In this document: positions 15,775 through 21,049 of the stretch, one piece after another
Numbering within the stretch: the first letter of the stretch is position 1
Layout: each line of letters opens with the position of its first letter
Assembly: GCA_030836665.1 (NCBI GenBank)
Contig: JAUPLX010000004.1
Span: forward strand, 1 to 21,049
Length of the DNA: 21,049 nt
Direction of reading: 5' to 3'
Origin: Patescibacteria group bacterium
GTDB lineage: Bacteria; Patescibacteriota; Gracilibacteria; BD1-5; UBA2023
Program-made: the position numbers and the translations under genes
Notes under the pieces: model-generated
Seen by the model: the letters and a program-made list of their open reading frames with translations, nothing else
Databases searched by the model: none
What the model was told of the DNA's origin: nothing

Positions 15775-16143
15775 TTAGAGAACTTCGGGCGCGAGTGAGA
15801 CGATTTTCTGGAAACCGCGCGCTTTCAGTTCGCGGAAAACCGGACCGAATACGCGGGTTCCTTTGGGTTCGCCGTCTTCGCCAATGATAACGCAAGCGTT
15901 ATCGTCGGAGATGACGTAGGTTCCGTCGTCGCGGCGGACGGGGAACGAAGTGCGGACGACGACCGCCTTGACGACGGATTTCTTTTTAACGATGCCCTGG
16001 GGAAGCGCTTCTTTTACGGAGCCGACGATGATATCGCCAACGCCCGCATAGCGGCGCTTGGATCCGCCGAGGACCTTGATGCAGAGGAGCTCTTTCGCTC
16101 CGGTGTTGTCGACTACGGCGAGCCGGGATTCTGCTTGGATCAT
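15775..16143 (-). CDS. rplN: 50S ribosomal protein L14
   Basis: 122 aa. [27 protein letters not shown]... Confidence 0.97.
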   Translation of the reverse strand: MIQAESRLAVVDNTGAKELLCIKVLGGSKRRYAGVGDIIVGSVKEALPQGIVKKKSVVKAVVVRTSFPVRRDDGTYVISDDNACVIIGEDGEPKGTRVFGPVFRELKARGFQKIVSLAPEVL

Positions 16144-16170
16144 GGATGGTACGGAAGTTAGATTGGTTCG

Positions 16171-16392
16171 TTATCCGACGATTTCCCAGCGTTTCAGCTT
16201 GGAGAGCGGCCGGGTTTCCCGGATGGTAACCGTCTGCCCCTCCTGGCAAGCGTTCGACTCGTCATGGGCGTAGAACTTCGCGCTGACCTTGTAGCGCTTC
16301 TTGTATTTCGGATGGGTCTTGTAGGTGTCTACCGAGACGACGACGGTTTTATCCATCTTCGAGCTGGTGACGATGCCGGTCTTGGTGCGCAT
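16171..16392 (-). CDS. rpsQ: 30S ribosomal protein S17
   Basis: 73 aa. ...[18 protein letters not shown]...HPKYKK... Confidence 0.95.
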   Translation of the reverse strand: MRTKTGIVTSSKMDKTVVVSVDTYKTHPKYKKRYKVSAKFYAHDESNACQEGQTVTIRETRPLSKLKRWEIVG

Positions 16393-16418
16393 TGCGGAGA
16401 AAGTAAATCGGGTAGGTC

Positions 16419-16628
16419 TTAGAGAGCGGAGAGGAAGGTGAGCGCCTGGGCCACGCGCTTCTTGTGAAGCTTGACCTGGTGGGTTTCCTTGAGTTCTCCT
16501 GCGACCTTCTTCATCTGAAGGAGGTAGAGATCGCGGCGAGCTTCGTTCAATTCCTTGACGAGCCCTTCGCGGTCGAGTTTCGCGAGAGCGGCGGTCTTTT
16601 TGCCGGTCTCGGTCGTTTTCTTGGCCAT
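16419..16628 (-). CDS. rpmC: 50S ribosomal protein L29
   Basis: 69 aa, helical and K/E-rich, in the conserved position between rplP and rpsQ. Confidence 0.9.
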   Translation of the reverse strand: MAKKTTETGKKTAALAKLDREGLVKELNEARRDLYLLQMKKVAGELKETHQVKLHKKRVAQALTFLSAL

Positions 16629-16648
16629 GTTGTGGGTGCGGAAAGGAA

Positions 16649-17050
16649 TTAAACGAGAACCTTGGTTTTCACCGGGAGCTTGTAGGCGGCGAGAAGGAAA
16701 GCTTCCTTAGCCTGATCCGCGGGGATTCCGGAGAGTTCGAAGAGGATGCGTCCCGGGCGTACCGGAGCGCGGTACATCTCGAGTCCGCCCTTACCTCCAC
16801 CCATCGGAACTTCGAGCGGCTTCTTGGTGTACGGTTTGTCCGGGAAGATGCGGATCCACATTTTTCCCCCCTTCTTGAGGTAGCGAACCATGACGCGGCG
16901 CGCCGATTCGATCTGACGGGAGGTGAGGTATCCGGCTTCGACGGTCTTAAGTGCGAAGTCCCCGAAGGCTATCTCGGAACCGCGAGTGGCGAGTCCTTTG
17001 ATAACGCCTCGCTGGCCCTTGCGGTATTTCGTTCTGCTCGGCTGAAGCAT
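16649..17050 (-). CDS. rplP: 50S ribosomal protein L16
   Basis: 133 aa. [14 protein letters not shown]... Confidence 0.97.
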   Translation of the reverse strand: MLQPSRTKYRKGQRGVIKGLATRGSEIAFGDFALKTVEAGYLTSRQIESARRVMVRYLKKGGKMWIRIFPDKPYTKKPLEVPMGGGKGGLEMYRAPVRPGRILFELSGIPADQAKEAFLLAAYKLPVKTKVLV

Positions 17051-17085
17051 GTGACTGGAATTATGCGGCTAATGGAATGGTCCGA

Positions 17086-17721
17086 CTATTTTTTGTAGAT
17101 GTCTCCTTTGTAGATCCATACCTTGATACCGGTGGTACCAGCGGCGGTTTCTGCGCGTTCGGTCGAGTAGTCGATGTCGGCGCGGATCGTAAGGGAGGGG
17201 ATCGAACCTTCCTTATAGGTTTCGGTGCGGGCGATTTCAGCGTTGTTGAGACGTCCTGCGCAGATGACCTTGACCCCGAGAGCCCCCTTCTCCATGGAAC
17301 GGGAGATGGCGTTTTTGACGACGCGACGGTACGGCATGCGCTTTTCGATCTGACGCGCGATGGAATCGGCGACGAGAGCGGCGGAGAGTTCCGGTTTCTT
17401 CACTTCCTTGACTTCGACCTGGAACGGGCGTCCGAATTTCTTGGTGAGACCTTCGGTAAGCTTGGTGATGTTCTCATCGTCCTTTCCGAGAACGAGCGCC
17501 ACCTTCGCGGTGTAGATCGCTACGGAGATGGAGCGGTTGGAGTCGTGGGAAAGGAAGACGTTGGCAACCGGAATTCCCTTGAGGGCGTCCCGAACGAAGA
17601 GACGGACCGCGATGTCCGCCGCGACGTTTTCGGCGTATTCCTTGCGGGAATAGTAACCGGTCGTCCTCCAGGTCTTGATGTAGCCGAGGCGGAAGGCGAG
17701 CGGACTAACTTTGTGTCCCAT
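17086..17721 (-). CDS. rpsC: 30S ribosomal protein S3
   Basis: 211 aa. MGHKVSPLAFRLGYIKTW... Confidence 0.97.
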   Translation of the reverse strand: MGHKVSPLAFRLGYIKTWRTTGYYSRKEYAENVAADIAVRLFVRDALKGIPVANVFLSHDSNRSISVAIYTAKVALVLGKDDENITKLTEGLTKKFGRPFQVEVKEVKKPELSAALVADSIARQIEKRMPYRRVVKNAISRSMEKGALGVKVICAGRLNNAEIARTETYKEGSIPSLTIRADIDYSTERAETAAGTTGIKVWIYKGDIYKK

Positions 17722-17747
17722 GGGTGAGGGTGAAAAGTGGTAATAAG

Positions 17748-18077
17748 TTACGCGCGTGCCGAGAGTTCCACGGTGACGTTGGAGGTGCGCTTGAGAATGG
17801 CATGGGCACGTCCGCGGGAAATCGGATTGTGGCGCTTGTAGACGATTCCCTTGGTGATGACTACCTGCGCGATCTTGAGCGCGGAGACTTCCTGGGAGTC
17901 GTTGTTGGCGGCGTTGTCGACCGCGCTCTTGACGACCTTGTGCAGGAGTCCGGCACTTTTGGTAGGCATGTAGCGAAGGGTCTCGAGCGCCTTCTTCGCG
18001 TCCATGTTCCGGATGATCGAGGCTTCTACCTGGATCTTCTTCGGAGAAATGCGGATGTTGCGGGCGATAGCTTTCAT
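17748..18077 (-). CDS. rplV: 50S ribosomal protein L22
   Basis: 109 aa. ...IRISPKK... Confidence 0.95.
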   Translation of the reverse strand: MKAIARNIRISPKKIQVEASIIRNMDAKKALETLRYMPTKSAGLLHKVVKSAVDNAANNDSQEVSALKIAQVVITKGIVYKRHNPISRGRAHAILKRTSNVTVELSARA

Positions 18078-18107
18078 GACGATTTGGAGATGACGGGTGG
18101 TATCGAC

Positions 18108-18371
18108 TTACTTGTTACCGGAGTGGCCGGTGAATTTGCGCGTGAAGGAGAATTCCCCGAGCTTGTGTCCGACCATGTCTTCGGTGACGAAGACCGGAAG
18201 GTGCGCTTTTCCGTTGTGTACGCCGAAGGTGTGTCCGACGAACTCCGGAACGACGGTGCAGTCGCGGGCCCAAGTCTTGATAACGGTCTTCTTGCCGGAA
18301 GCGTTGAGCTTCTCGACCTTGCCGAAGAGGCGTCCGTCGACGTAGGGTCACTTCTTGAGGGAGCGGGTCAT
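18108..18371 (-). CDS. rpsS: 30S ribosomal protein S19 (87 aa) with UGA(Gly) at codon 8; missing from the ORF track
   Basis: Hand translation gives MTRSLKK-[TGA 18348-18350][82 protein letters not shown]. The conserved motif is SLKKGP(F/Y). The gene sits exactly between rplB and rplV. Confidence 0.93.
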
Positions 18372-18407
18372 ACGTTTGCTGTATAAGGAAAGAGGTTTTT
18401 GATTCGA

Positions 18408-19250
18408 TTAGCCCATGAGCTTTCCGCGCTTGGTGCGGACGATCCATTTGTCGGTCGACTTGCGGTTGCGGGTGATGACGCCACGGGTGATTTTTCCCCA
18501 AGGAGTTTTCGGACCCTTGCGCTGTCCGAGGGACTGGTGTCCTTCACCACCACCGTGCGGGTGGTCTACGGTGTTCATCGAGGAACCGAGGACCGTCGGG
18601 CGGCGGTTCATCCAACGGGAACGTCCGGCCTTACCGATGACGATCTGGTTGTGGAAGGTATTCGAGACGGTACCGACGGTTGCCCAGCACTTCTTGTGGA
18701 TGCGGCGGATTTCTCCGGAAGGGAGCTTCACCTGGGTGTATTCGCCTTCTTGGGACATGACGACGGCGGCCGATCCGGCAGAGCGGACGGTGGAGGCTCC
18801 GAGTCCGACGATGAGTTCGACGTTGTGGATGGAGAGACCTACCGGGATGTTGCCGATGAGGAGGCGGTTTCCCGGGACCGGCTTGGCCGATTCGGAAGTG
18901 ATGATGGTATCGCCTACCTTCATGTCCTTGTGAGCGAGAACGTAGCGGCGTTCGCCGTCACGGTAGCAGACGAGGGCGATGTACCCGGTGCGATTCGGAT
19001 CGTATTCGATCGTTTCGACCTTTGCCGGGATTTCTTTCTTATCGAAGGAGAAATCGACCATGCGGTAGAGTCTCTTGTGTCCGCCGCCCTGGTGGCGGAC
19101 GGTGATGCGGCCCGTATTGTTGCGGCCTGCGGCGTTCTTCTTATAGAACGTGAGGGGCTTGTACGGCTCGGTCGCGGTGATTTCGTCGAACGAGTACCCC
19201 GTCATCTCGCGACGGCTTGGGGTTGTCGGGTTATACTTCTTGATCGACAT
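18408..19250 (-). CDS. rplB: 50S ribosomal protein L2
   Basis: 280 aa. ...VDHPHGGGEG... Confidence 0.97.
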   Translation of the reverse strand: MSIKKYNPTTPSRREMTGYSFDEITATEPYKPLTFYKKNAAGRNNTGRITVRHQGGGHKRLYRMVDFSFDKKEIPAKVETIEYDPNRTGYIALVCYRDGERRYVLAHKDMKVGDTIITSESAKPVPGNRLLIGNIPVGLSIHNVELIVGLGASTVRSAGSAAVVMSQEGEYTQVKLPSGEIRRIHKKCWATVGTVSNTFHNQIVIGKAGRSRWMNRRPTVLGSSMNTVDHPHGGGEGHQSLGQRKGPKTPWGKITRGVITRNRKSTDKWIVRTKRGKLMG

Positions 19251-19274
19251 ACGCTTGAGTTTTAGGAGGAGAGA

Positions 19275-19580
19275 CTATTTCTTTTCGGAGAGAATCTTCT
19301 GGAAGTCGGCGAGACGGGTTCCGTCGGCGAGTTTTACCATCGCCTTCTTTTCGATACCGCGTTTCGCGACGATGCCGGCCTTTCCGGCGTTCTTGAATTT
19401 TTCGCGGGTCTTGAGGATGTTGACCGATTCGACCTTGACTCCGTAGAGGCGTTCGAAGGCGGAGCGGACGTCGACCTTGGTTGCCTTCGGATCGACGATG
19501 ACGGTGTAGACTCCGGCGAATTCGAGCACTTGGCTCTTTTCGGAGACGACCGGTTTCTTAATGATCGAGTAGAGCGACAT
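19275..19580 (-). CDS. rplW: 50S ribosomal protein L23
   Basis: 101 aa, in the conserved position with L23-like sequence. Confidence 0.93.
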   Translation of the reverse strand: MSLYSIIKKPVVSEKSQVLEFAGVYTVIVDPKATKVDVRSAFERLYGVKVESVNILKTREKFKNAGKAGIVAKRGIEKKAMVKLADGTRLADFQKILSEKK

Positions 19581-19594
19581 TGTATCGTTACCGG

Positions 19595-20215
19595 TTACGA
19601 GTAGAAGGCGGTTACCTTCTCGAGCGAAGCCTTCGTGAAGACGAGGGTGTCGAACTTGAGGAGGTCTTTCGGGTTGAGGTAGCTCGCGCCGATGAACTTG
19701 GCGTTCGGGATGTTGCGACCACCCTGGAAAGCGTTGCGGTCTTCCGGGAGGACGGCGAACACGGCGGATTTGACTCCCATGTTCGTCACGATGTCCTGCA
19801 TGGTCTTGGTCTTGGCTGCTTCTTCCGAGAAGGATTCGATGACGGCTACTTTTTTCGCTCCTGCCTTGGAAGAGAGGAGGGAAACGAGAGCGAGGCGGCG
19901 TTCCTTCTTATTCATCATGAGCGTCCAGTTGCGGTTGTTGCGGGGTCCGAATGCGACGCCGCCGCCGATACGGGTCGGAGAGCGGGAGTCGCCGGCGCGG
20001 GCCTGGCCCGTACCTTTCTGCTTGTAGAGCTTACGGGTGGAACCGTTGCGGTCGCTGCGGGTCTTGGTGTGGGCTCCGGATACGCGGGCATTTGCCTGCT
20101 GGAGGACGAGGAGACGGTGGATGAGGCCCTGGAGGACTTCTTTCCCGAAGACCTCTTTGGAGAGCTTGACCTTACCGGACTCGAGCCCTTGCTGATTGTA
20201 GAGAATCGCTTCCAT
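19595..20215 (-). CDS. rplD: 50S ribosomal protein L4
   Basis: 206 aa. ...KQKGTGQARAG..RSP...GGGVAFGP... Confidence 0.95.
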   Translation of the reverse strand: MEAILYNQQGLESGKVKLSKEVFGKEVLQGLIHRLLVLQQANARVSGAHTKTRSDRNGSTRKLYKQKGTGQARAGDSRSPTRIGGGVAFGPRNNRNWTLMMNKKERRLALVSLLSSKAGAKKVAVIESFSEEAAKTKTMQDIVTNMGVKSAVFAVLPEDRNAFQGGRNIPNAKFIGASYLNPKDLLKFDTLVFTKASLEKVTAFYS

Positions 20216-20234
20216 AGTTGGATAATCGCGGGAT

Positions 20235-20789
20235 TTAGAAATCTAAGACGAGAAGGGAGTTGCGAGCGCCCGGAACCGGTCCCTTGAGGGCGATGACCGA
20301 GAGGTTCTTGTTGACGAGCTCGAGCGGAACCTTCTTGATGGTGATGCGTTCGGTACCCATGTGTCCGTGCATTTTCTGTCCCGGTTTGGTGCGGCGCGGT
20401 TTGCGGCAACCGATGGAACCGAGGGCGCGGTGGAACTTGGATCCGTGTCCCGCAGGACCTCCGGAGAAGTTGTGGCGCTTCATGGCACCCGCGAAACCCT
20501 TACCCTTGGAAATTCCATGGAGGGTGACGGTGGCGACGCCTTCGAGAACGTCGAGGGTGACGGCGTCTCCGGCTTTCATGCCGGTGAACGCTCCCGTGAA
20601 CGGGACTTCGCGACGGACGACTCTTTTGCCGTCTACCGCTTCAAGTACGACAGCTTCGTAACCGTCCTTTTCGACGGTCTTGATCTGTGCGATCTTCAGC
20701 TCGGGGACCCGGAGGAGAGTAACGGGGACGAATGCGTCTCCCTTTACCACGCGGGTCATGTCGAGCTTCTTAACGATAAGTCAAGCCAT
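20235..20789 (-). CDS. rplC: 50S ribosomal protein L3 (184 aa) with UGA(Gly) at codon 3
   Basis: ATG 20787-20789 gives MA-[TGA 20781-20783]-LIVKKLDMTRVVKG, continuing into track ORF 20235-20759. Homologues begin MxGLxGxKxGMT. Confidence 0.92.
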
Positions 20790-20904
20790 GACCTAGTAGA
20801 AAAAAAGCATATAAATTAGAGGTTCCGTAGATCGCTTCCAAGACGCTTACACGCTGGACGGGATGGGCTACGCAACATAACTCTTCGTGAATCGAAGTGG
20901 AACG

Positions 20905-20932
20905 ATTCTATGGAAAAGATACCGGGCGTCAA
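20905..20932 (-). promoter_or_regulatory. sigma70-type promoter for the rplC-headed operon (TTGACG-16 nt-TAGAAT)
   Basis: On the minus strand: TTGACG (20927-20932), 16-nt spacer, TAGAAT (20905-20910). It would give a leader of roughly 108 nt before the rplC ATG. Confidence 0.5.
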
Positions 20933-20944
20933 ATCGTTTTTCGC

Positions 20945-21049
20945 TTATTTTCCGCCAAGCGCCCGAATCTTGGATTCGATATCGGACTTAAGGTACGAAA
21001 AAACCGCGATGAGGATTTTTTTTCGGTTCGGCGTAATATTGCGCTCCGA
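20945..21049 (-). CDS. 3' end of an unidentified CDS running off the window (last 34 codons)
   Basis: Open frame from the edge: ...SERNITPNRKKILIAVFSYLKSDIESKIRALGGK-TAA (20945-20947). It does not resemble S10 or EF-Tu C-termini. Too short to name. Confidence 0.3.
   Translation of the reverse strand, partial: SERNITPNRKKILIAVFSYLKSDIESKIRALGGK

Noticed and set aside
887-20789. Alternative explanations for the in-frame TGAs: pseudogenes, sequencing errors, selenocysteine, programmed read-through, or UGA=Trp (table 4)
   Set aside because: There are ten independent sites in essential genes (S19, L6, L3), always with perfect frame continuity, so pseudogenes and errors are unlikely. No SECIS-like context is evident, and the positions are Gly rather than Cys/Sec in homologues, which argues against selenocysteine. 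The conserved residue is Gly (SLKKGP, MSRIGK, MxGL), not Trp, which argues against table 4. Formal HMM column statistics are still needed.

Overview
This window is mostly minus-strand core genome from a fairly GC-rich bacterium. The bacterium reads UGA as a sense codon, almost certainly Gly (translation table 25, known from Gracilibacteria and Absconditabacteria/SR1 within the CPR). The supplied standard-code ORF track therefore truncates or splits 6 real genes at 10 in-frame TGAs. No gene called here needs TGA as a stop.

Layout:
- Left (69-3878): a small accessory island beside tRNA-Thr. It holds a DUF45/YgjP peptidase, DinD, a 4-TM protein and a RhuM-Fic/Doc fusion.
- Middle (3887-7728): hemW, two tandem EEP-family hydrolase paralogues, adk and RNase P RNA, all on the minus strand.
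- 7765-9609: a plus-strand three-gene surface/membrane cassette. Its first product (315 aa once UGA is read as Gly) has a C-terminal domain that looks like metazoan CTHRC1.
- 9667-10624: a DnaQ-like exonuclease and a DUF465 protein.
- Right (10685-20789): the ribosomal protein cluster rplC to rplO plus secY. It has no rpsJ at its head, no rpmD, and no adk/map/infA tail.

No CRISPR array, rRNA, transposase or integrase was seen. Coordinates of recoded genes were derived by hand translation.
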